IMG/VR virus record: IMGVR_UViG_3300049844_000015
Span: 1 to 39,727 of that record
Length of the DNA stretch: 39,727 nucleotides
Origin: a virus
Lineage: Duplodnaviria > Caudoviricetes
Direction: 5' to 3' (one strand)
The notes beneath the pieces are model-generated. The model was not told the origin of the DNA and did no database searches. It worked only from the letters and a program-made list of their open reading frames with translations. Position 1 is the first letter of the stretch; every line of letters begins with the position of its first letter. This document shows, piece by piece, positions 7,573 to 15,986 of this stretch. The position numbers and the translations under genes were made by a program.

Positions 7573-7845
7573 GTTGACATGTTGACATTATAGCATGTGT
7601 TGACATGTTGACAACTGAGCCTGTGACAAATGGTCTTACAGAGAGACAAGAGATTCTAGGATTCGTAAAAAAATGACCCAATGGAAAAAGGTGTAAATTA
7701 ATCGTCTCCTGCGCGGAGTCCATTTGTCGCAAACCCTTTTGTCAACATGTCAACAATCAAAGATTCATTGTCAACATGTCAACAGATTCACGTGATGCCG
7801 TCAACATATCAACAGATTCACGTGATGCTGTCAACATGGAAACAT
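7573..7845. repeat. Mirror-image arrays of GTTGACAT/ATGTCAAC; the right array has about 30-bp periodicity; candidate replication origin
   Basis: Four GTTGACA(T) units at 7573-7613; units starting GTCAACAT at 7741, 7770, 7800 and 7830; inner IR GTGACAAATGG (7623) / CCATTTGTCGC (7720). Confidence 0.8.
7587..7614 (-). promoter_or_regulatory. Sigma70-type promoter for the AP2 gene, embedded in GTTGACAT repeats
   Basis: Minus strand reads TTGTCA-N16-TATAAT with an extended -10 (TGc). Confidence 0.6.
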
Positions 7846-7866
7846 TGGCACAATGCCCCAATGGGT

Positions 7867-7941
7867 CACGGCATCACGGCACCCGCTGGGTGCATAGATG
7901 CGCGGATTCACGGGCAACCCATTGGGTGCCGTGATGCCGTG
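7867..7941. repeat. Perfect 18-bp inverted repeat with a 39-nt loop
   Basis: CACGGCATCACGGCACCC (7867-7884) / GGGTGCCGTGATGCCGTG (7924-7941). Confidence 0.9.
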
Positions 7942-8168
7942 GTGCTGGGGGTTCGGGATTCGCGGCGAGGGGAGGGGGTAGGTCCGAGCAGCTCGGGGTC
8001 ACGGTGACGGAGGGTCTACACGGAATTTTTTATTTTTTTGCAACCGAGAACCCAATGGGTCACATGACTCACAGATACAATGACCATCGCTGGTGAAAGC
8101 TGACAAAGGCATCATGTGCACAGGACAAGTAACCAGCACCCACCAACCTGTGATAGCATCAGTGCACT

Positions 8169-8807
8169 ATGGAAAATCAATCCACAGGCACAACTGTCAC
8201 AACAGGCCCACAACTCGAAGACCAAATTGCAGAGATCCCCGAGATCCCAGCATGGCTCAACTCGTCTGTACCAACTGTCACAGACATCCCCACGACCACA
8301 GACCCACAGCTCCCCACAATCCCCGACCCCAAAGACCTCCCACCTGCACGAGTCACAAATCGTCAGATCATGCACATGCAGTTCGAGAACATGTTTGACC
8401 GTGTACTCGAGGAGATGGCCGAGGGTAGACCGATTGCCCACATCCTTAGACGCGATGCCCGTGGATATGAATCGTCAACCTACATCGACTGGATCAAGAA
8501 GGACCCACAGCGCACGATTCGCTATGAGAATGCTCAACTGCTCTATGCGGAGAAGCTGGGGTCAGAGATCATTGAGATTGCCGATGCCGAGGACACAGCA
8601 GAAGACGTGCAGCGTTCAAAACTTCGCATCGACTCTCGTAAGTGGCTCATGGGCGTTTACAACAAGCGCAGATACGGTGACACCAAGACCATCGAGCTGG
8701 GTGGTTCCATCAGCATCACCGATGCGTTGGCACAGGCACGTAATCGAGTGATCGAGGGTGAAGTGATTGACGTGACACCTAAAGAGGATGACGATGCAGA
8801 AGCCTAA
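8169..8807 (+). CDS. terS: Terminase small subunit (Sf6-like)
   Basis: EIADAE...SKLRIDSRKW...RRYGD signature; directly upstream of terL; Pro/Thr-rich N-terminal extension. Confidence 0.85.
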   Translation: MENQSTGTTVTTGPQLEDQIAEIPEIPAWLNSSVPTVTDIPTTTDPQLPTIPDPKDLPPARVTNRQIMHMQFENMFDRVLEEMAEGRPIAHILRRDARGYESSTYIDWIKKDPQRTIRYENAQLLYAEKLGSEIIEIADAEDTAEDVQRSKLRIDSRKWLMGVYNKRRYGDTKTIELGGSISITDALAQARNRVIEGEVIDVTPKEDDDAEA

Positions 8808-10323
8808 GTATTCCCCCGACGAAGAGCAGCTCTTGATGAGTCAGCTCTGGAGCACCCAGATTGCCGACGACCCTGAAGCCTTCGTCTTGTTCTGTTTCCC
8901 ATGGGGTACAGAGAACACCCCGCTGGCCAAGTTCAAAGGACCCCGTGAGTGGCAGCGTAAAGTGCTGCGCGAGATCCGTGATCACATTCGCGCCAACAGG
9001 GGCGAGCTGGACATGGACGCACTGCGCCTCGCGGTCAGCTCTGGTCGCGGTATCGGTAAATCCGCGCTTGTGAGCTGGCTGATCCTTTGGATGCTGACTA
9101 CACGCATCGGCTCGTCAGTGATTGTGTCGGCCAACAGCGAGAACCAGTTGCGCACGGTCACATGGGGTGAACTGACCAAATGGGCCACCATGGCCATCAA
9201 CTCGCACTGGTGGGAGGTGTCCGCTACCAAGCTCGCACCTGCTCAGTGGATGACTGAACTCGTGGAGCGCGATCTCAAGAAGGGTACGCGCTACTGGGCT
9301 GCCGAAGGTAAGCTCTGGAGCGAGGAGAACCCCGACTCATACGCCGGTGTGCACAACCACGATGGTATGATGGTGATCTTTGATGAGGCATCGGGTATCC
9401 CTGATGGTATCTGGTCAGTGGCTGCTGGTTTCTTTACTGAGAAGATTCTCGATCGCTACTGGCTTGCGTTCTCCAACCCTCGTCGCAACACGGGGTACTT
9501 TTACGAGTCGATCGAAGGCAACAAGCGGGACTTTTGGAAAAGCCGCATCATCGACGCACGATCAGTCGAGGGCACAGACCAGGCCGTCTACAACCAGATC
9601 ATCGCTGAGTACGGTGAAGACTCGATCCAAGCCCGTGTCGAGGTCTATGGTGAGTTCCCCGCTGCCGGTGAAGACCAGTTCATCTCGCCCGTCACAGTCG
9701 AGGATGCGTTCAAGCGCGAGAAGTACAAGGACACCACAGCACCCGTGGTCATCGGGGTTGACCCCGCGCGCGGCGGCATGGACAGCACCGTGATCGTCGT
9801 GCGCCAAGGGCGTGACTTGGTCGCGGTCAAACGCTACAAGGGTGATGACACCATGACCACCGTGGGTAACGTCATCGACGCCATCGAGGAGTACAAGCCT
9901 GCACTCACCGTGATCGACGAGGGTGGTCTGGGCTACGGGATTCTTGACAGGTTGACAGAACAGCGTTACAAGGTGCGTGGTGTCAACTTTGGTTGGAAAG
10001 CCAAGAACCCCGTGATGTGGCAGAACAAGCGTTCGGAGATGTGGGGTGCGATGCGCGACTGGTTGAAGACCGCGGCGATTTCACGTGACCGACAACTCAA
10101 AGCCGACCTGATTGGCCCGATGCGTAAGTTCAACTCGTCTGGTGCGATCATGCTCGAGAGTAAGAAAGACATGAAGTCCCGAGGCTTGGCCTCACCTGAC
10201 GCAGCCGATGCGCTGGCCGTCACTTTTGCGTACCCTGTAGCGTCTCGTGGCTACAATGTTAAACAAACCACTCGCCGAGTCTACGAGGGCGGCGGGGCAT
10301 CATCATCTTGGATGGGAAGTTAA
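8788..10323 (+). CDS. terL: Terminase large subunit
   Basis: Walker A SGRGIGKS, Walker B IFDEASG, coupling motif FSNP, nuclease motifs GVDPARGG and SPDAADALA. Confidence 0.95.
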   Translation: MTMQKPKYSPDEEQLLMSQLWSTQIADDPEAFVLFCFPWGTENTPLAKFKGPREWQRKVLREIRDHIRANRGELDMDALRLAVSSGRGIGKSALVSWLILWMLTTRIGSSVIVSANSENQLRTVTWGELTKWATMAINSHWWEVSATKLAPAQWMTELVERDLKKGTRYWAAEGKLWSEENPDSYAGVHNHDGMMVIFDEASGIPDGIWSVAAGFFTEKILDRYWLAFSNPRRNTGYFYESIEGNKRDFWKSRIIDARSVEGTDQAVYNQIIAEYGEDSIQARVEVYGEFPAAGEDQFISPVTVEDAFKREKYKDTTAPVVIGVDPARGGMDSTVIVVRQGRDLVAVKRYKGDDTMTTVGNVIDAIEEYKPALTVIDEGGLGYGILDRLTEQRYKVRGVNFGWKAKNPVMWQNKRSEMWGAMRDWLKTAAISRDRQLKADLIGPMRKFNSSGAIMLESKKDMKSRGLASPDAADALAVTFAYPVASRGYNVKQTTRRVYEGGGASSSWMGS

Positions 10324-10568
10324 TGACAATCAAAGCAACACAGAACTGCGTAATCATCGAACCTGATGTCGAGAAGCACGAGCTGTTCATCATCCCGCCT
10401 GGCGACAAGAGCGAAACCGGCATCGTTGTTGCAACGGGTCCAGATTGCCGAGATGTCGTGGTCGGGGATCACGTATACTTTGGCGTAGGTCAAGAATTCA
10501 AGCACGGCGACAAAGATTACATCGTCATGCGCGAACCCCACATCTTAGGAGTCTTGGAACATGGCTGA
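10323..10568 (+). CDS. groES: GroES-like co-chaperonin, 81 aa
   Basis: IIPP...GIVVATGP...VVVGDHVYF...DYIVMREPHILGVL matches the Cpn10 pattern; TAATG coupling to terL. Confidence 0.85.
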   Translation: MTIKATQNCVIIEPDVEKHELFIIPPGDKSETGIVVATGPDCRDVVVGDHVYFGVGQEFKHGDKDYIVMREPHILGVLEHG

Positions 10569-12756
10569 TCCAACAGGAATGGTAGCCGCAGCCAACGTAT
10601 CGGCTGGCGGCGGCAAGAAGAATAGTCACCAAGACATTCTCTCAACAGCGCGTCACCGCATGGAGATCGCCATTGGTGCGCTCTCCGAGTCGCGTGAAGA
10701 CGAGTTGAACGACTTGAAGTTCTACGCTGGCTCCCCTGACAACCAGTGGCAGTGGCCTGCCGATGTGCTCGCTACCCGTGGTGCGGTGCAGGGTCAAACG
10801 ATCAACGCACGCCCCTGCTTGACCATCAACAAGCTGCCACAGCACGTACACCAAGTCACCAACGACATGCGCCAAAATCGTCCTGGCGCCAAGGTGATTC
10901 CAGTCAACGACAAGGCCGATGTCAAGGTTGCCGAGGTCTTCAACGGCATGATTCGCCACATCGAGTACATCTCCGATGCTGACGTGGTCTATGACACCGC
11001 TTGCGAGAACCAAGTGGCCTACGGTGAAGGCTACATTCGCATTCTGACCGACTACTGTGACCCCAACAGCTTCGATCAAGACATCAAAATTGGCCGTGTG
11101 CGCAACAGTTTCAGCGTCTACATGGACCCAACGATCCAAGACCCCACAGGCGCTGACGCCAAGTGGTGCTTTGTGACCGAAGATGTCCCCAAAGAAGACT
11201 ACCACCGCCTCTACCCCAACGCTGCACCCATCACAACTTTGCAATCGCTGGGCGTGGGTGACCAAAACCTGTCTCAGTGGGTTTATGAGGAAACAGTGCG
11301 CGTGGCCGACTACTATTACGTCGATTACGAGCAAAAACGCCTGAATTTGTACCCTGGAAACGTGACTGCGTTTGAAGGAACCCGCGAAGACAAGATGCTG
11401 CGCGAACAGTTCGGCGCTCCAAAACGCACCCGAATGGTCCAAAACCCCATCATTCGCTACTGCAAAATCAACGGTTACGAGATTTTGGAAGAAAACGTGT
11501 GGGCCGGCCAATGGATTCCCGTGATCCGTGTTGTCGGCAACGAATTCGAGGTTGAAGGCCGTTTGTATGTGTCGGGCCTTGTGCGCAACGCCAAAGATGC
11601 GCAGCGCATGTACAACTACTGGGTGTCCCAAGAAGCCGAAATGCTGGCTCTGGCACCCAAGGCTCCATTCATCGGCTACGGTGGTCAGTTCGAGGGCTAC
11701 GAAGACAAATGGAAGACCGCCAACACCAACAATTGGCCGTATTTGGAAGTCAACCCTGACGTCACAGACGGTCAAGGCGCCGTGCTGCCACTGCCTGCTC
11801 GCGCCCAGCCGCCCATGGCGTCTTCGGGTCTGTTGCAGGCCAAAGCAGGTGCGTCTGAGGACATCAAATCGACCACCGGTCAATACAACGCATCGCTCGG
11901 CATGGGTTCAAACGAGCGTTCTGGTAAAGCCATCTTGGCCCGTCAGAAAGAAGGCGATGTCGGCACTTACCATTATGGTGACAACTTGGCCCGTGCCGTG
12001 CGCCACGTGGCCCGTCAGCTCGTTGACTTGATCCCCAAGATCTATGACACCGAACGTATCGCCCGAATCATTGGTGAAGATGGCGAAACCAAGATGGTCA
12101 AGATCAATCCTGAGCAGCCAGAAGCCGTGAAAGAAATTATTGATCAAGACGGCATTGTGATAGAGAAAATCTATAACCCTGGCGTGGGCAAATACGATGT
12201 GGTTGCCAGCACTGGTCCAGGCTATGCTACCAAGCGTCAAGAAGCTCTGGAAGCCATGGCTCAGTTGCTCCAAGGCAACCCTGATCTGTGGAAAGTGGCC
12301 GGTGACTTGTTCGTCAAGAACATGGATTGGCCAGGCGCACAAGAGATGGCCAAGCGATTCGCCAAGACCATCGACCCACAAATCTTGGAAGACGGCGACA
12401 AGTCTCCCGCGCTGCAAGCTGCTGAACAGCAGATCCAAGCGATGGGTGCCGAGATGGAGCAAATGCACCAGATGATCATCGATGCAGGCAAGTCGATTGA
12501 AATGCAAGAACAGCGCCGCAAGGACTTTGAAGCGCAGGTCAAGGCGTTTGACGCTGAAACCAAGCGTTTGGCGGCAATCCAAGCCAGCATGTCGCCCGAA
12601 CAGGTCCAAGACATCGTGTTGGGCACTGTGCACGGCATGATTAGCTCAGGTGATCTGTTGGCCGAGATGCCTGGTCAAGACCTTGATGTTGGTCCGGAGA
12701 TGATGCCTGAGCAAATGGAACAGCAACCCATGCCACCTGAAGGAGCAATGCAATGA
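10561..12756 (+). CDS. P22-like portal protein
   Basis: 731 aa; RPCLTINKL, GLVRNAKDAQRMYNY, SGKAILARQ, GKYDV..TGPGY motifs; gene position. Confidence 0.93.
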   Translation: MADPTGMVAAANVSAGGGKKNSHQDILSTARHRMEIAIGALSESREDELNDLKFYAGSPDNQWQWPADVLATRGAVQGQTINARPCLTINKLPQHVHQVTNDMRQNRPGAKVIPVNDKADVKVAEVFNGMIRHIEYISDADVVYDTACENQVAYGEGYIRILTDYCDPNSFDQDIKIGRVRNSFSVYMDPTIQDPTGADAKWCFVTEDVPKEDYHRLYPNAAPITTLQSLGVGDQNLSQWVYEETVRVADYYYVDYEQKRLNLYPGNVTAFEGTREDKMLREQFGAPKRTRMVQNPIIRYCKINGYEILEENVWAGQWIPVIRVVGNEFEVEGRLYVSGLVRNAKDAQRMYNYWVSQEAEMLALAPKAPFIGYGGQFEGYEDKWKTANTNNWPYLEVNPDVTDGQGAVLPLPARAQPPMASSGLLQAKAGASEDIKSTTGQYNASLGMGSNERSGKAILARQKEGDVGTYHYGDNLARAVRHVARQLVDLIPKIYDTERIARIIGEDGETKMVKINPEQPEAVKEIIDQDGIVIEKIYNPGVGKYDVVASTGPGYATKRQEALEAMAQLLQGNPDLWKVAGDLFVKNMDWPGAQEMAKRFAKTIDPQILEDGDKSPALQAAEQQIQAMGAEMEQMHQMIIDAGKSIEMQEQRRKDFEAQVKAFDAETKRLAAIQASMSPEQVQDIVLGTVHGMISSGDLLAEMPGQDLDVGPEMMPEQMEQQPMPPEGAMQ

Positions 12757-13115
12757 ACGCCGCCCAATTTGTAGGTTTGCTGTTCTTGGGCCGCAATGTG
12801 GCCCACTCAGTACACTTGAACACCCGCAGCTACAGCAAACACAAAGCACTTGGCCACTTCTACGAAGATGTGATCGAGTTGGCCGACAAGTTTGCCGAAG
12901 CCTATCAAGGTCGCCACGGGCTGGTCGGTGCAATCAGCATCCCTGCATCGAAAAAGACAACCAACGTGATCGAGTTCCTCCAAGGTCAACTTGAAGAAAT
13001 CGAAAAAGGTCGTTACGATGTGTGTGAAAAGTCGGACACCCCGATTCAAAACATCATTGATGAGATCGTCGGGTTGTACCTCTCCACCATCTACAAACTG
13101 AAATTCTTAGCATAA
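12753..13115 (+). CDS. Ferritin/Dps-like four-helix protein (DUF5856-like)
   Basis: HSVHLNTRSYSKHKALGHFYE...DKFAEAYQG...NIIDEI...YKL pattern. Confidence 0.7.
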   Translation: MNAAQFVGLLFLGRNVAHSVHLNTRSYSKHKALGHFYEDVIELADKFAEAYQGRHGLVGAISIPASKKTTNVIEFLQGQLEEIEKGRYDVCEKSDTPIQNIIDEIVGLYLSTIYKLKFLA

Positions 13116-13124
13116 GGAGCCATC

Positions 13125-13391
13125 ATGGCAATGTACAAACAAGGTAGTGCTGACTCGCAAGTCAAAATCGGCGGCGGTAAGTTCTACGGCATCTTCGTTT
13201 CTAGCACTTCAAGCGGCACTTTTGCTCTGTATGACAGCGCAACTGCCAGCACCAGCGACCCCAAGATTGTGGCCACGGTGACTGTTGCTGCTGGTACTCA
13301 ATATGTCAGCTTCCCACAAGGTTTGTGGTTCAGCCGAGGGCTGTACATCGATGTTGGAAACACAATCGAGTACACCATCTGTTACGAGTAA
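13125..13391 (+). CDS. Small virion-associated hypothetical protein, 88 aa
   Basis: TAAGGAG SD; beta-rich sequence; lies in the head module. Confidence 0.7.
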   Translation: MAMYKQGSADSQVKIGGGKFYGIFVSSTSSGTFALYDSATASTSDPKIVATVTVAAGTQYVSFPQGLWFSRGLYIDVGNTIEYTICYE

Positions 13392-13442
13392 TTTTTGCTC
13401 ACAACCGTACTGGTGCGGCTCACCAGGGAATCTTAGGATTCA

Positions 13443-14234
13443 TTGAAAATGACTGACGAAGTCCAAAACGCAGTAGTAGCGGAACCTGCACCCGCGCCGG
13501 AACTGGAAGCCACGGCAGCTCCAGCACCCGAAGTTTCGACGCCGGAAGCGCCAGCAGAGGCTCCACGCACCTTCACACAAGAAGAGCTGGATGCAGCTAT
13601 TGGTAAGCGTCTTGCACGAGAACAACGTAAATGGGAACGAGAACAAGCTCTCAAACAGTCTGCGCAAGCAGCTCCTGTTGCGCCAACGGCTCTTCCACCT
13701 GTCGATCAATTCGAGTCACCCGAAGCCTATGCGGAAGCACTGGCTGAGCACAAGGCTCAAGAGTTGATTGCCAAGCGTGAGGAAGCCAAACAGCACGCAG
13801 CTATTCTTGAAAGCTATCACGACAAAGAAGAACAAGCTCGGGACAAGTATGACGACTTTGAACAAGTTGCCTACAACCCGAACCTGCGAATCACTGATGT
13901 GATGGCCCAAACGATTCGTGCTTCTGATGTTGGACCCGATGTGGCTTACTACCTCGGCGCCAATCCAAAAGAAGCTGATCGCATCTCCCGTTTGACACCT
14001 TTCTTGCAAGCAAAAGAAATTGGTGTGATTGAGGCCAAACTGGTTAATAATCCACCTGTCAAAAAGACAACGTCTGCTCCGGCACCTATTTCTCCTGTAA
14101 CTGCGCGAACCTCTGGTTCACCGTCATACGACACTACAGATCCTCGGTCTACCAAGACAATGAGTGATTCGGAGTGGATTGAAGCGGAACGCAAGCGACA
14201 GTTGAAAAAGTGGCAAGCGCAGACAAACCGCTAA
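13443..14234 (+). CDS. Capsid scaffolding protein
   Basis: A/P/E-rich N-terminus, FTQEELDAAIGKRL motif, coiled coil; immediately upstream of the coat gene. Confidence 0.8.
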   Translation: MKMTDEVQNAVVAEPAPAPELEATAAPAPEVSTPEAPAEAPRTFTQEELDAAIGKRLAREQRKWEREQALKQSAQAAPVAPTALPPVDQFESPEAYAEALAEHKAQELIAKREEAKQHAAILESYHDKEEQARDKYDDFEQVAYNPNLRITDVMAQTIRASDVGPDVAYYLGANPKEADRISRLTPFLQAKEIGVIEAKLVNNPPVKKTTSAPAPISPVTARTSGSPSYDTTDPRSTKTMSDSEWIEAERKRQLKKWQAQTNR

Positions 14235-14253
14235 CTTCTTCAAAGGACCTTAA

Positions 14254-15462
14254 ATGTCAAATAGCATCTTAACCATTGACATGATCACCCGCAAATCGCT
14301 GGAGATCTTGGAAAACAACCTCGTGTTGACTCGCAACGTGAACCGCCAGTACGACGACAGCTTCGCTGTTGAAGGTGCAAAGATCGGTACAACTCTGCGT
14401 ATTCGCTTGCCCGATCGCGCTTTGGTGACTGACGGCGCCGCCTTGCAAACTCAAGACGACAACGAACAGTACACAACCTTGACCGTGTCTAGCCAAAAGC
14501 ACATCGGCGTCAACTTCACATCTGCTGAATTGACCATGCAATTGGACGACTTCGCAGAGCGCGTGTTGAAGCCTCGTATCAGCCAATTGGCTTCCAGCAT
14601 CGACGCTGACGTTGCCAACGCATACAAGACCATCGGTAACTCTGTTGGTACTCCTGGCACCACTCCTGCAACTTCTTTGGTCTTGCTCCAAGCCCAACAA
14701 AAGTTGAACGAGAACGCTGCTGTGATGTCTCCACGTTACGCTACCGTCAACCCTGCTGCCAACGCTGGTTTGGTTGAAGGTTTGAAAGGCTTGTTCAACC
14801 CACAAGACACTATCAGCCGCCAATTCAAGAACGGCATGATGGGCACTGGTGTGTTGGGCTTCGACGAGATCAACATGTCTCAATCGATCAAGCAGTTCAC
14901 AACTGGTTCTCGTACAGCTACTGGCGGCACTTTGTCTGCTGCTGTGTCTTCTGAAGGCGCTACAACCATCGCTATCACTGGCGCTGGTAACGCTGGCACC
15001 GTGAAGGCTGGTGACGTGTTCACTGTGGCTGATTGCTACGCTGTGAACCCACAAACTCGCGAATCTACAGGTTCTTTGTTCCAGTTCGTGGCTCTGTCCG
15101 ACCTGACTTTGAACGGTAGCGGCGCTGGTTCTATCACCGTTGCACCTATCTACTCTTCAAGCCATGCTTTGGCTACTGTGGATAGCTTGCCAGCTTCTGG
15201 TAAGGCTGTGGTGTTCGTGGGTACTGCTTCAACTCAGTACGCTCAAAACTTGGTGTACCACAAAGACGCCATCACCTTCGCAACTGCTGACTTGTTGTTG
15301 CCACAAGGTGTTGACATGGCAAGCCGCGCTGTGCACAACGGCATCAGCTTGCGTGTTGTTCGTCAGTACGACATCAACAACGACCGTTTGCCTTGCCGTA
15401 TCGACGTGTTGTACGGCTACAGCACCATCCGTCCACAAATGGGTGTTCGCCTGTGGGGCTAA
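14254..15462 (+). CDS. Major capsid protein (P22 gp5-like)
   Basis: 402 aa; KIGTTLRIRLP, GVLGFDEINMSQ, RIDVLYG motifs; strong codon bias. Confidence 0.93.
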   Translation: MSNSILTIDMITRKSLEILENNLVLTRNVNRQYDDSFAVEGAKIGTTLRIRLPDRALVTDGAALQTQDDNEQYTTLTVSSQKHIGVNFTSAELTMQLDDFAERVLKPRISQLASSIDADVANAYKTIGNSVGTPGTTPATSLVLLQAQQKLNENAAVMSPRYATVNPAANAGLVEGLKGLFNPQDTISRQFKNGMMGTGVLGFDEINMSQSIKQFTTGSRTATGGTLSAAVSSEGATTIAITGAGNAGTVKAGDVFTVADCYAVNPQTRESTGSLFQFVALSDLTLNGSGAGSITVAPIYSSSHALATVDSLPASGKAVVFVGTASTQYAQNLVYHKDAITFATADLLLPQGVDMASRAVHNGISLRVVRQYDINNDRLPCRIDVLYGYSTIRPQMGVRLWG

Positions 15463-15470
15463 ACTGAAAC

Positions 15471-15493
15471 GGGGACCTCGGTCCCCTTTCTTC
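15471..15493 (+). terminator. Hairpin/terminator after the coat gene
   Basis: GGGGAC-CTCG-GTCCCC then TTTCTT. Confidence 0.65.
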
Positions 15494-15522
15494 TCAAATC
15501 TTCTCTTTAAAGGAAAAATATC

Positions 15523-15933
15523 ATGGCACTCCCTAACGGCGCAGGCGGTTACCAAGTTGGTGACGGCAACCTCAACGAAGTTCAAATGGGCGTTCAGGCA
15601 GCTCCTCCCACAGCTACCGCAACCGCAACTTTGACTACAGCTCAAATCACTGGCGGCATCTTGCTGGGTTCTCCTGGCTCTTCTGCTGCTGCTTACACTC
15701 TGCCCACAGGTACTCTGTTGGACGCAGCTGTGCCAAGCGCAAAAGTGAACAGCTCGTTCGACTTCACCGTGGTGAACGTGGACGGTTCTAGCTCTGGCGT
15801 CATCACAATGACTGCTGGTACTGGCTGGACCATCGTCGGCTTGGCTACCATCGCTGCTACTGCCGGCACAGCCGGTACATTCCGCGCTCGTCGTACTGGC
15901 GAAGCAACTTGGACCTTGTACCGCTTGGCCTAA
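15523..15933 (+). CDS. Putative capsid decoration/accessory protein, 136 aa
   Basis: G/A/T-rich; strong SD; codon bias like the coat gene. Confidence 0.6.
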   Translation: MALPNGAGGYQVGDGNLNEVQMGVQAAPPTATATATLTTAQITGGILLGSPGSSAAAYTLPTGTLLDAAVPSAKVNSSFDFTVVNVDGSSSGVITMTAGTGWTIVGLATIAATAGTAGTFRARRTGEATWTLYRLA

Positions 15934-15950
15934 TCGTCAGCTCGACAACT

Positions 15951-15975
15951 AGAGGGGCTTCGGCCCCTCTTTTTT
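15951..15975 (+). terminator. Rho-independent terminator
   Basis: AGAGGGGC-TTCG-GCCCCTCT then TTTTT. Confidence 0.85.
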
Positions 15976-15986
15976 AAGGAATTCCC

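Larger units (their letters stand above)
6893..8060. repeat. Dispersed palindrome ACCCAwTGGGT (putative operator)
   Basis: Exact at 6893, 6931, 6955, 7917 and 8050; near-matches at 7676 and 7856. Confidence 0.85.

Noticed and set aside
7741-7845. Repeats with about 30-bp period as a mini CRISPR array (a Cas4-like gene is present)
   Set aside because: The sequences between repeat cores are short and nearly identical to each other rather than unique spacers. There are no cas1/cas2 or effector genes, and DUF2800 is a routine phage replication nuclease.
7559-8168. ORFs 7747-8007, 8093-8398 and the 7732 start for the AP2 gene
   Set aside because: They translate repeat DNA or overlap terS out of frame. 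The SD and promoter support a start at 7558 and a non-coding control region.
10642-12633. Long antisense ORFs (413 aa and 241 aa) opposite the portal gene, and similar ones opposite the coat gene
   Set aside because: These are shadow ORFs produced by strong codon bias on the coding strand. They have no SD, no motifs and atypical composition.
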